DNA of 61,770 bases from Octopus bimaculoides (lineage: Eukaryota). Made by a program: the position numbers and the translations under genes. The stretch is from positions 12,153,630-12,215,399 of the forward strand of contig NC_069006.1 of the NCBI RefSeq assembly GCF_001194135.2. The letters run 5' to 3'. Of this stretch, positions 13,020 through 24,719 are shown in pieces. The notes beneath the pieces were generated by a model that worked only from the letters and a program-made list of their open reading frames with translations, was not told the DNA's origin and did not search any database. Each line of letters starts with the position of its first letter. Within the stretch, counting starts at the first letter, position 1.

Positions 13020-13690
13020 GAAGTGAATATAGATCTTTGTGTGTGATGGATATTGATTGATGTGTTATAGATATTGGTCTCCAGAGGATGGATATGATGA
13101 ATTTATGGGGGATGGATATGGTGGACCTGCAGGTGATGGATATTGTAGATTTATGGGGGATGGACGTTGGTCTGTGTTGGCCTGCATATGATGGATATTG
13201 GTCTGTGCGTGATGGACATTAATTTGTGTATGATGGATGTGGTGAATCTGTGGGTGATGGATAGAGGTCAGTTTGTGGTGGTATCAGTTTGTGAGTGATG
13301 GATGGGATATTGGTCTGTGAGTGATGGACGAGATATTGGTCTGTGAGTGATGGATGGGATATTGATCTGTGCATGATGGACGGGATATCAGTCTGTGAGC
13401 GATGGACATCGGTCTGCGATTGATGGACTGGTTATCGGCCTGCGAGTGACGGGCGGGTTATCGGCCTGCGAGTGACGGGCGGGTTGTCGGCCTGTGGGTG
13501 ACGAGCAGGTTGTTGGCCTGCAGGTGATGGGCGGGTTGTCGGCCTGCAGGGTACAAGCGGGTTGTCGGCCTGTGGATGATGGGCAGGTTGTTGGCCTGCA
13601 AGTGACGGGCAGGTTGTCAGCCTGCGAATGACAGGTGGGTTGTTCGCCTGTGGGTGACGGGCGAGTTGTCAGCCTGTGAGTGATTGATGG
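13020..13690. repeat. 26-bp minisatellite
   Basis: Unit gtgacgggcgggttatcggcctgcga (26 nt), with more T-rich variants such as gtgatggatgggatattggtctgtga on the left side. Confidence 0.9.
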
Positions 13691-13811
13691 ATATTTATCT
13701 ATCTGATCTTATCAACACTGATGATGCAGCAACACAGTTGTAGCTTTTGGAAGAAAGAAAACATGTTTGATACAAAAGGTGAGTGAGTGCTGTAATAGCA
13801 TAGCATAGTTG

Positions 13812-13985
13812 TGGGTATGTTACTGCAGTGGTATATGCAGGTGACTAAGTGCAGCAATGATGAAGCAGGGAGGTAGGTGGATAATGCTGCAGTGGTATAT
13901 GCAGGTGACTAAGTGCGGCTGCAATGTAGTAGTGAAGTGGGTGGATGATACTGAAGTGGTATATGCAGGTGATTAGGTGCAGTAA
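13812..13985. repeat. Three-copy 64-bp tandem repeat with conserved 30-bp core
   Basis: The core ctgcagtggtatatgcaggtgactaagtgc starts at 13823, 13887 and 13951 (period 64); the intervening 34-nt segments are divergent. Confidence 0.85.
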
Positions 13986-14291
13986 AGACATAATAAAGAA
14001 TACAGTCTATGCGCAGTTAGAAATTATGTGTCTGTCTATATACAACACCTAAAACTGTCCCCAGCTCCACTGTGAAATATAAATGCCTCAATTTACTTAG
14101 CTGCCAAATCTTCTGAGATAGGGGAAGTGTTGTTTTGAGGGGATTGTTTCCTATCCACAGGATAGGTTACTAGTTATTTTATCAGTAGTTTTAGCTGATA
14201 AATACCATAAATCCCTAACTAAATCCCTACTTATGTGATCCCTCAAGACTTGACAGCCTTTCTATTTATTAATACAATACAATCATTAGAA

Positions 14292-14679
14292 GTGGAGGCG
14301 CAATGGCCCAGTGGTTAGAGCAGCGGACTCGTGATCATAGGATCGCGGTTTCGATTCCCAGACCGGGCGTTGTGAGTGTTTATTGAGCGAAAACACCTAA
14401 ATCTCCACGAGGCTCCGAAAGGGAATGGTGGCGAACCCTGCTGTACTCTTCCACCACAACTTTCTCTCACTCTTACTTCCTGTTTCTCTTGTACCTGTAT
14501 TTCAAAGGGCCAGCCTTGTCACACTGTGTCACGCTGAACATTCCCGAGAACTACATTAAGGGTACACGTGTCTGTGGATTGCTCAGCTACTTGCACGTTA
14601 ATTTCACGAGGAGGGTGTTCCGTTGATCAGATTGACTGGAACCCTCGACGTCATAAGCGACGGAGTGCCAACAACAACA
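14292..14679 (+). mobile_element. Full-length young tRNA-derived SINE with 13-bp TSD
   Basis: A-box TGGCCCAGTGG, B-box GGTTTCGATTCC, many intact CpGs and an (AAC)n tail. TSD acaatcattagaa at 14279-14291 and 14680-14692. Confidence 0.92.
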
Positions 14680-14872
14680 ACAATCATTAGAATAAGGCAA
14701 CTGCTGCTTGTGATAATATATCACATGATCAGATGTATGCATATAGTCTTGCATTTTTTTTATTGGTTTTAGTCTTTGGACTGCAGCTGTGTTAGGGCAA
14801 AACCTTCAGTTTGTTTGACCTACTGAAGGTTAGTTTCTGCTTTTAATCACTGCAAAAAAGAAAAAAACTGCA

Positions 14873-14971
14873 AAAGGGTATCGGATTGAGACTCCGTATA
14901 TGTGTTCCTTTTGCAAAGTGCCTTTGTATAAAGGGTGCTTTGGGCAGTTTCATGACAGAAATATGTCATAA
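14873..14971 (+). pseudogene. Isolated piggyBac-type C-terminal cysteine-rich domain remnant
   Basis: KGYRIETPYMCSFCKVPLYKGCFGQFHDRNMS* matches the 'TxYxCxxCxVPLCxxxCFxxFH' C-terminus of piggyBac transposases, with one Cys read as Tyr. Confidence 0.65.
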
Positions 14972-15609
14972 CTATATTATTTTATCATATATTATTTTTC
15001 ATTTTATTATGCATATGTGAAAGTGAGAAATACATATTAATTTTCAGTATGTTACACACCTGTATTCACTTTTGTCTTACCTGTTAATGAGCTTTTTCTA
15101 TTAGATGCATTCTGTTACATAAATGAAGTCATTAAATTGTATAAGAGTACATAGCCAATGGTATATTGACTAGTAAAAGAGTTTTGTACTTTATTTTCAA
15201 TTAAAATGTTTGAATGAAATATAGGGAAAGAATAAAATTTTCTACCGATTACACCTGTATTTTAATTAATTCAAATTAATGTACCTCATCTTGAAAAATG
15301 CTAAATTGTTGGTGGTTGACATCGGGGATAATTTTAGTATCAAATCAGACAGGTAAGATGTATTAAGAACATGAATTTTAGTGTTTATTCATAATGTTAT
15401 TGTTTTTATGCCTGTTAATTAAATTTACTTGCCCATAAAAGTCAAATTTAATCAGAAAGATCAGCTAAAATTACATAACTATAAACCACTGGCATATAAG
15501 CAGCCTTTTACAAATTTTCAAATCTGTCAAAGGAATTCATAATGTTGCAGGTATAAGAACATCTTCAGTATACTAGTTACAAAGATACCAAAATGTTTAG
15601 TGTAGGGAT

Positions 15610-16460
15610 TGCAGTGAGAACAGGAAGTCAGTGGAAGCCAGCCAAGGTAGTCCCAATGATGTGACTAGCAGGAAGGAGAGGAGGAAAATAGTGCAAGAGG
15701 AGGTGTGAGCATCAGTAGAGAAAGAGCAAGCAAGAAGACCAATAACAATGCAGAAACAGAAAAGTTGTGGGAGTAGGTGATAGAGAAGAATGTCACCTCT
15801 GGGAGGACATCAGAAATGAGACTTAGAGAGGATCAAGTTTTTTAATTCAGAGATGTTTATGATGTTCTCCCCAGCTCATTTAACTTTTTGTGGGGCTCAG
15901 TGGATGCCTCTGTATTCTAAGGCAGGCACTCTTGAGTATCCTAAGCAGCTGCTTCAAGATACTGACTGAAGGATACTATTGCTGGAGATATCATCAGGTC
16001 CTCAAGACCATCTCTGAAGTAGTTAGCAAAGAGGTATATCCTTTGTCAAGGAGAAGAGAGAGTCCAAAAAAAATAATAAAAGACTCTGAAGGATTACCAT
16101 CCACAACAATACTGGGTAGTGGAAATTGATCTGGAGAAATAGCCAAAGCTTCTAGCACACATCATCCAAACCTTGCTGAGACTAGATATCATCTTGGTCT
16201 CCAGTGCAGCAAAATAGCTGGTTCTTCTTGAGTTAACTGTACCCTGAGAGAAAAGGATGGAGGAGGCTTGAGAGAGAAAGAGAACCATGTACCTAAAGTT
16301 GATAGAGGACTGCTGCAACAATAGGCAAAAAACAAGTTTTTTGCTAGTGGAGGTTAGCAGGTCATGCTTTTGCATAGGGCCTATAGGACTTTGGACATTT
16401 CAGGAGCTTGCAGAAGAAAAGCCACAGAGAACAATGTAGAGGCTGTTGAGAAAGTTGCAG
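15610..16460 (+). mobile_element. Degenerate HERO/NeSL-like non-LTR retrotransposon 3' part (restriction-like endonuclease)
   Basis: Translates with stops to 'RKERRKIVQEEV', 'VYDVLPS', 'ILSSCFKILTEGYYCWRYHQVLK', 'LRLDIILVS..K*LVLLELTVP*EKRMEEA*ERK..Y..L..DC..VEV'. This is the zinc-knuckle plus PD-(D/E)xK RLE region of early-branching LINEs. Confidence 0.8.
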
Positions 16461-16918
16461 AAATAAGGTAAAATAACTATTGTCAACTTGAAGTTATTTA
16501 CCTTTTTATTCTTTTATTGGTTTCAGACATAGAATTGCAGCCAAGGGTTTAAGTTGACTATATTGACTCCAGAATTTCTTTCAGTTTGATTCTCAAGTTA
16601 TTGGTCTAAGTTTTATCAGATTGCTTAGTTACATTTTTTTTATATAAAGCAATGCAACTTGACACTAATTTACACAGGTTAATGTGCACATATAATTTAT
16701 AAATAGAAATAAATCATGAAAATAGCATGAAATCCAAGTAGTTATTGTATTCAGTTTGCACTCAGAATGTGTGTATGTAGTGTAGCTTAATGGCTAGGGT
16801 ATTGAGTTTAAAACCATAAGATTTTGAATTTGATTCCTGGACTGGACAGTATGTTGTATTCTTGAGCAAGGCACATCCTTTCACATTGATCCAGTTCACC
16901 GACTGAGTATTGATGGAG

Positions 16919-16955
<37 letters not shown>

Positions 16956-18136
16956 CAGCTATCATATCCTGGAAGTTTCATCTGATCAAGGGTGGGAGGA
17001 CTAAGAGATTATTTATGTCTGCTCATGTCTATATATGCACTTAAAGCAACTAACAAAAAAATGGTGCATGCTACTAAATCATACTCACTTGCTACTACAC
17101 ATACACACAACCCCTTTCTGAACAGTTTGTTTACTGAATTTCACTCAAAAGAAATTAGCCAACTTGGTTACAGCAGAAGATATTTTCTTAAAGATGCTTC
17201 ACATTTAGATCGAGCTCGGAACCATACAGTTGCAAAGCGAATTTTTAAACATACAGCTTAATAAATTCAAAATTTATCTTCATTTACATCATTTCTATGA
17301 TACCATTTTGTTCTTATTAATATATCATATGTGTGTATGCATATATATGCATATGTGTGTGTACACATGTTTATATATTTGTATATTTCCATATGTATGT
17401 ATTTGTGTGAGTGTATGTATGAGGTGGGAGAGAAAGTGGCACAGTGGAATGGGAGTTGTCAGATTGTGTAATATCTACGTCATATTTAATTAAATATTAC
17501 AACTTGTCCAGGATTTTGGCATAGTTGTGAGAACATACTCATGGCGGTCTCATGTTAGTCTCATGTTAGTAATACTGTGGTTAGTGTCTCATACGGTAAA
17601 TATATTAATACATCAGATATATAGAAATGTCAGTACTTATGAATTATTTTAATTATATCAAATAGCACAATTCTTTATAGAACATAAATATTCTATACAA
17701 AAGTAATCACATGGTCACCTGTTAGCACTATTGCCTTTCCTTTACCAGTCATCTACCACTGTCACCACTTACTACTGCACTACAAGTACTAACATCACAA
17801 CTACCAGTAACACAAATAACAACACTGCCACCAAATATCAAAATTTCTGCAAAGGTCATGGATTACTGCCAGCATTATGCTGAGTTCAAATTCTGCTGGA
17901 CCTTCATTGCTTTACAAATCCAGAAGTTATAAAGTGGTCAATAAATGTTAGGATCAATTTACCATTTCCTCTATCCTGTGCCAAAGTTACTTCAAAAAAT
18001 TGACTCTTATATTTATAAGTCTTTGTTTTCTTTCTTTGAAACTATAATTTTGTATCATATCCATCAAATACCCCATTCCACTGCTCATTCTTACTCTCTC
18101 TCTCCCATCTCTCTCTCTCCTTCTCTCTCCCGCCCT

Positions 18137-18173
<37 letters not shown>

Positions 18174-18639
18174 GTTTATTTAAGATAAAAATGTAAATGT
18201 GATACCCAGAGATTTGTTATTGGCAATCATGTAAGGCAATAACAACCAGTTTTTGGTTGTACCTTGGATAACTAAACCAGCAACCCTACTAAGCCTGGTT
18301 GGTAAGAAGGGAGTAATTTAAACACTATAGACTGTACAACAAAGCTTATATAAAAGGGAAAACAAACTCCAGACAGTCAAGTCTTCTAATACTGACTATG
18401 TGCTCTGTTGCAATCAGTGACTGTAGAATCAGTATATCTTAGTTTGTTCTTGTTCTTTGTGCAACTATGACTCACTGAGAGAGAGCTACAAGTAATCACT
18501 AAGCTCTGAACATTTGAACTCTTTTGCTAGCAGTCCTATGAAATGATCTTTATAAATCAAAAGCATACCAGATCTGCTGCTGCAGTTGTTAACAAGGATC
18601 ATGTTGTCAGTCTCCTGTTCCAAGAAGTGAACATTTCTA

Positions 18640-19900
18640 AAGTGTGTGAGAAATTGAGCCTTTTTCTGTTTCAGTTAAATGCTAGAAAATTGCAAGACAG
18701 TGCAGAGACTAATTTGACACAGAAAGACACACAGCACTTGGGATGGAAAGCTATAATATAGTTATTCCTTGCAAGCCATAATTATTTGAGCATAACAGTC
18801 GTGGATATGAGGTCTCTTCCTTTTAGAGGGGGAAACTAGCAGAACAGAGATGTTGTCCAGTGTTGGCTTTTCCACAGAAAACAGTATGACTAAATTAGTC
18901 AAGTATCATCTGTTGTTAGTGACTGGATAAAGAGTTCTCATTAGAAAGGGATGCCCTGCCACTTTAATCTGTGTTTATACTCCTCCAATGATCAACCTTG
19001 ATAATGCAGGAAAAGACTTCAGCAGTAATAAATGGCTATACATTGTGTATCCCAGAGAGACAAAATGATGACGATGTATTATTTCAATCAAACAGAAGTA
19101 GCCTGATATCATTGGTTAGCATGAAGCATGGAGGTGCTACTCAACAGGGAATTTTTCCTCAATTTGTACTCAAAGCAGAGCCTTGTCATTACCAATGCCA
19201 TCTTTAAACAGCAGGAAATACACAAAGTGACTTGGATACATCAGCATAGAATGCATTGGCATTGACTAGGCTCCATTATAACTAGGTAATAGGATAAAGA
19301 CGATGTACATAAATAATGAAAGGAGGAAAATGTAACACAGACCATCAAATACTCCAGTTAAAGATCGCCTTCAGTGTAGACTGAAAATGGAGCAGGACCA
19401 GACCTCCCATGCACATTAAAGTAGCAAAGGAAGTTGAGGTATAGAAATGTAAAACCATTTTAGAAAGAGGTATGAAACTCTAGAATCATGGGAAACACAA
19501 ATACAAAATCCAGGCTGTAAAAATGCAAAATAGTCCTTGCTTTGCACCATGGTATTTGACAGCAAAAGTTGTGCTTAGTAAACCAACAATGACATATTAT
19601 GACTGGTTTTATAAGGAATGATAAAAATAGTACATTCATTCATAATGAGACACCTTAAATAGATCATGTGCATCACTTGGAAAGTGGAGAATGCTTTCAT
19701 CCTAGAGAAGCCAAACCTCCTAGCATGGAAGAGTGAAATCTCCACTGGCTTGGGAGTGGAATTGGACATTAATACTCACAGCAGCTGAAGACAAACAATT
19801 GGTGGTGTTCAATTCACTTCTAATCAACTTACAATATGTCATAAGGACAGTCATTGTTGGTTATTTATTGATGGGCTACTTGCATCTTTCTTGTCTCTTT
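18640..19900 (+). mobile_element. Highly degenerate RTE-clade LINE, AP-endonuclease region
   Basis: Broken frames give 'NARKLQD', 'ATLICVYTP', 'LVITNAIFKQ..KVTWIHQ..HWH', 'KCNTDHQIL' and 'YDWFY', resembling the RTE APE domain and linker. Confidence 0.65.
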
Positions 19901-21309
19901 ACTTGCCTGTCTCTCTTTTGCTATACACACGTACATAGACAAAAAATAGGACAAAAACGTTGAAAGAATCATTGTAGTCTTTTAAGACAAAGAGACAAAA
20001 ACAGGTGTAACATTTCATAGACTTAATTTGTCTTGCTAGATTGTGGTGTTTCTCTTAATGTTTTTGTGCATTTTTATCTATTTCTTATTTATATAACACC
20101 TGTACAGAAACCGCTAATCATTTTCACTAAGGTGGTTGGTGTTAGGAGGAGCATCCAGCTGTAGAAACCCTGTCAGAACAGACAGAGAAGCCTGGTGCAG
20201 TCTTCTGCCTAGCCAGCCCCTGCCAAACTGTTCAACCCATGCCAGCATGGAAATTGGATGTTAAATGATGATGTTGATGATATATTTATGGTGTGTGTGA
20301 TTGTGTGTAGTAGTTCATTCTTTCCTTAGATCCAAATTTGATTAGTTAATACACTTCTACATTTTTGTTATTCCAAAGAATGACTGGTAACAAACCACGT
20401 CCTTTATGACTCCTCACTCCATTTATTTCATTGTTCAAATTTACTACAAGAACCATATTCCACATCAAAACTGTGTTTTACATTATTTTTAACCAATCAA
20501 ATATCTACTTTTAGTGCAATTTACTTTTGATATTCTGTTTCAAGAACACAGGTGTCTCTGGAACCTAGCTCATTTTATAAAAACAGATGAAATTAATGCA
20601 TCACTAAAGTTATTTTTGTCATCAGCGGATTTCATGTCAAAGAGACACTTTCATTCACTCGACAAGTTTATCATTGCCAATCATTCTTGAGTACTTTTTC
20701 TTGCTTTATATATATATTTTCACTCACAGGCTTTTTCATTTTATATTCATATTTCAACACCACAAACTGAGCATAGTGACTATTTTGTTTACTTCTTATG
20801 ATATCATCACCATCTTGTGTCCAGCTTCCATGCTGGTATGGTTGAAGAGTTCAACAGAATCTAATGAATCAAAAGATAGTGTCATGCTCTAATGTCTACT
20901 TTGGCATAGTATCTGTGGCTGGATGTCCATCCCTATGCCAACCACATGACAGTTTGTGTTAGCTGCATTTTTCATGGCACCAGCACTAATAATGGGGGTT
21001 CTTATAAATGAGAGAGGATATGTAATCATTCTTGGTGGCAGAGGATGAAGGAGGACAAGTAAGTGGAACCAATTTATAGTTGCAATAGGTTGGCAGTGGA
21101 GAGAATAATAGAGCTGTAGGTAGGCATTTTGCAGGATTTTACTTTGATATTTTCTGTATACATTCATGCTCTTGATTGTTACACACTACAATACTTTTTG
21201 CCAACTGTACAATTTTAGTTCTATCTTGCATATTATTTTGGCATGTTGTACTTTCTCTTAACTTAGTTCTTTTTATTTAGCAAGTTTGATTTTTGAGTAT
21301 TGCATTTCC

Positions 21310-21831
21310 TATGTGAAATTGATGAAGCCAGTATGCTCCGATAGATGTGTAATGTCAGTGTGCATACTTGACAGAGTGTAAGTACCTTGAGAGAAAAGTT
21401 GAACCTAAGAAGCATCAGTTGTGGTGTGCAAGAGAGATGATTGCACTGGTATGGTCATGTGGCAAGAATGGATGAGGATAGCTGTGTGAAAATGTGCCAC
21501 ACCCTAGCGGTTGAGGGAACCTGTAGAAGAGGTAGACCCAGGAAGATCTGAGATGAGGTGGTGAAGCACAACCTTCGAACATTCGGCCTCACCGAGGCAA
21601 TGACTTGTGACCAAGAACTTTGGAAATATGCTGGTCGTGAGAAGACTCGGCAAGCCAAGTGAGACCATAATCCAAGGCCTCTGTCAGGGGTGTAGCCAGC
21701 CCACTTATGCGTACCTTTCCTTCATTGGACACTAAACTCCGCTTGTGAAGACCTGTTGAGGCAAGTGAAATCGAAATCGAACTAAATTCGACGACTGGCA
21801 CCCATGCCAATGTCTCCTTCATTGGACACTA
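21310..21831 (+). mobile_element. 5'-truncated RTE LINE (ORF C-terminus and 3' UTR), runs into gap
   Basis: 'EASMLR*MC', 'LHWYGHVARMDEDSCVK..GRPRK..DEVVKH..LTEAMT' fit the RTE C-terminus. The 3' UTR is nearly identical to 57126-57370. Confidence 0.88.
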
Positions 21832-22899
21832 NNNNNNNNNNNNNNNNNNNNNNNNNNNNNNNNNNNNNNNNNNNNNNNNNNNNNNNNNNNNNNNNNNNNN
21901 NNNNNNNNNNNNNNNNNNNNNNNNNNNNNNNNNNNNNNNNNNNNNNNNNNNNNNNNNNNNNNNNNNNNNNNNNNNNNNNNNNNNNNNNNNNNNNNNNNNN
22001 NNNNNNNNNNNNNNNNNNNNNNNNNNNNNNNNNNNNNNNNNNNNNNNNNNNNNNNNNNNNNNNNNNNNNNNNNNNNNNNNNNNNNNNNNNNNNNNNNNNN
22101 NNNNNNNNNNNNNNNNNNNNNNNNNNNNNNNNNNNNNNNNNNNNNNNNNNNNNNNNNNNNNNNNNNNNNNNNNNNNNNNNNNNNNNNNNNNNNNNNNNNN
22201 NNNNNNNNNNNNNNNNNNNNNNNNNNNNNNNNNNNNNNNNNNNNNNNNNNNNNNNNNNNNNNNNNNNNNNNNNNNNNNNNNNNNNNNNNNNNNNNNNNNN
22301 NNNNNNNNNNNNNNNNNNNNNNNNNNNNNNNNNNNNNNNNNNNNNNNNNNNNNNNNNNNNNNNNNNNNNNNNNNNNNNNNNNNNNNNNNNNNNNNNNNNN
22401 NNNATAATGGTCTTCTATAATATAGCGATTAAAAAACGTTATATACTACAGTAAAAGTTTAATATAGTATATTAAAGTCAGTGATGCAAGCTAGAGTTAT
22501 CGTCGAGAAAACCACATGGTGACAAATCCTACTTGCATTTGCAGCTGCATGTAAGAAGCAAAACCGAATTGTTTTTGAAAGTAAACTTCTTCATACAAGA
22601 ACAAGGATTTGGAATTTTACGTCTTGCGAATAAGTATCCTTCTCATTTGTTTATTTTCTTTTATCTTTGGTAATACCGGATGAAAATTTGAGTTACGACT
22701 TAGTGTTTGTTTGCTTTCTGAGAATTCTAACTGTAATTTTCATTGAACTTTTATTACAGCAACCTCTTCGCTTTCATTCTATTTGAAAACTAGAAATCAT
22801 TATGAAATGTATTTCTTTTCACTCGTTTCTTTTTTTCACTTTATCTCTTTAGAATTATTTAGAATTATAAATCCTATTAAGAATTATAAATTTTGTTTT

Positions 22900-23525
22900 T
22901 CATTTTCCTACACATCTTCGTTACCTGCACCCACTCTCTCTTTCATACTACCTCTTCCTCTCTCCCTCCCTTCCTCTCTCCCTCCCTTCCTCTCTCCCTC
23001 CCTTCATCTCTCTTTACACCTACCTTTTTCCCTCTCTTCCATATCTTCTTCTTTTTCTCATCTCTCCCCCTCCCTTTCATATCTTCCTCCTTTTCTCACT
23101 TCTCTTTCCCTTCCTTTGTGTCTCTCAACATCTACCTCTCCTCCTGTCACCTCACCCTCTCCCTCATATACTTTTCATTTTCCCCTTCTTCTCACTCCAT
23201 TTCTCCCTTTCCCTCACATCCTTCATCCTTTCCTGTCTCTCCCTTACTGTCTCCCTTTCTTTTCTGATTCTCTCCCTCTCTCCGTCTTTCTTTCTCTTCC
23301 CCTCTTCTCCTTCACTCTGTCTCTCTTTCTCTTCTCCTCTCCTTCACTCTGTCTTTCTTTCTCTTCCCCTCCTCTACCTCCCTCTGTCTCGCTAATACCC
23401 CACACCCCTCTCTCTTTTCTTCATATCCCCCTCTCTCTTTCCTTCATATCCCCTCTCTCTTTCCTTCATATCTCTCTCTCTCTTTCCCTATTCCCTCCCT
23501 CTATCTCTCATTTCCTCTCTATCCT
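22900..23525. repeat. ~600-bp polypyrimidine (CT-rich) low-complexity tract
   Basis: Almost exclusively C/T on the + strand, ending just before ATG 23556. Confidence 0.9.
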
Positions 23526-23555
23526 CTACTCCACCTCTGGGCTGAAAAAACGAAG

Positions 23556-24520
23556 ATGGCACCAAAGTGGGAGAAGGAAGAATTGAATCTTCTGTTGCGA
23601 GCATGAATGATTGCTAGCGATGATCTGCCAAACAAAATCATCACTGCTGCACTGAAAAACAATGGCTTTTGTAGAACCATTGATCAGATAGAGTGGAAGG
23701 AAACTGAATTCATCTGATCCTATATGCTTATCAGACCACATATTGACACCCTGGATGTCATAATGGAAAAATTTGTGGCAAGGCTGATAAGGATAGAGAA
23801 AAGGAGACAAAACCCAGAAGTCTCTTTGATCCAGTGGTTCCTCAAAAGAATGCATCCCCCACCCCTGTGAACGACGAGGCAGAAAAGGATGGGGAGCCAA
23901 GGAAGCAGCAACCAGAAGCCCCTCTGTGCCAGTGGTCCTACAAAGGAACAGAGCCCTCAACCAATTGGACAACCAGAGGAAAGAAATTCCCACCACAACA
24001 AAAGGAAGGACAGAACATGAACGGAAACAAAGAAGGAAAGGGAGAAAAAGGAAAAAATGAAATAACAAAAGCCGAAACCCCAGCCCACCAATCAAAAGAC
24101 AGAAAATTCCATGTACGATCCAATGCAATCCAAAACCCTAGAGGAGAGAAGAAATTTGGAAGGCACTCGAGGACCTGCAAATTTTACCAGCAAGGTAAAT
24201 GTTGGCATGGGGAAGATGGCAAAAACTGCTAGTTTACTCACTAGAGACCCCGCCCAAACTACAGGGGCCTTAAGGAGGATCTCAGTAATAACAGTGTAGC
24301 AACAATACCTCTCAGCTACATTTTCAACTTTACGTTGGATGCTCCCGTGTTAGCAGGTTACAAAGTCTATACATTTGTGCATCAGAAGGGAAAACGAGAA
24401 ATATTGCCTACAAAGAAGCGCTCCACTGAAAAGACGGCATTTCTTCACATCTTCCAAATCACCCCAGTCATCTGCCGCCTCAAAAGCTTCGTATTTGCCG
24501 TGCCAGCCAACGTAAGGCAA
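23556..24520 (+). pseudogene. Decayed ORF: Myb/SANT-like (trihelix) domain, helical segment, charged linker and CCCH zinc finger(s)
   Basis: From ATG 23556: MAPKWEKEELNLLLRA*MIASDDLPNKIITAALKNNGFCRTIDQIEWKETEFI*SY... (W..EE..LL / L...GF.RT..QI..K pattern). After a frameshift: ...TCKFYQQGKCWHGEDGKNC*FTH (C-x7-C-x8-C-x3-H). The stops at 23604, 23715, 24230 and 24242 could each be one transition from TGG/CGA/CAG. Domain calls are by eye. Confidence 0.6.
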
Positions 24521-24719
24521 TGACACACAACTTCACTCACTCACTCTATCTCTTTTCTCACCCTCTTTCTCTCTCATATACACTCACGCACATCCATTTC
24601 ATATATCTTGCAATTTCTGCTCTCTGCAAATAAAATTTTTACAGATACAACTGCTTTACGAAAATTGGGATTACTGTATAATTTCTTTTTATGTTCATAA
24701 TTAAATAAAAGTGTTAATG

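Noticed and set aside
13812-13985. CRISPR array (30-bp palindromic repeats with 34-bp spacers)
   Set aside because: Eukaryotic intronic context, no cas genes or leader, only three units, and the spacers share their 3' ends; treated as a minisatellite.
14292-14370. tRNA gene
   Set aside because: A/B boxes are present, but there is no closed cloverleaf or terminator; it continues into a SINE body with tail and TSD.
22783-23586. 267-aa S/L/P/F-rich ORF
   Set aside because: Artefact of a CT-only tract, which cannot contain stop codons.
23526-24128. 200-aa minus-strand hydrophobic ORF
   Set aside because: Antisense shadow of the purine-rich plus-strand Myb/CCCH ORF.
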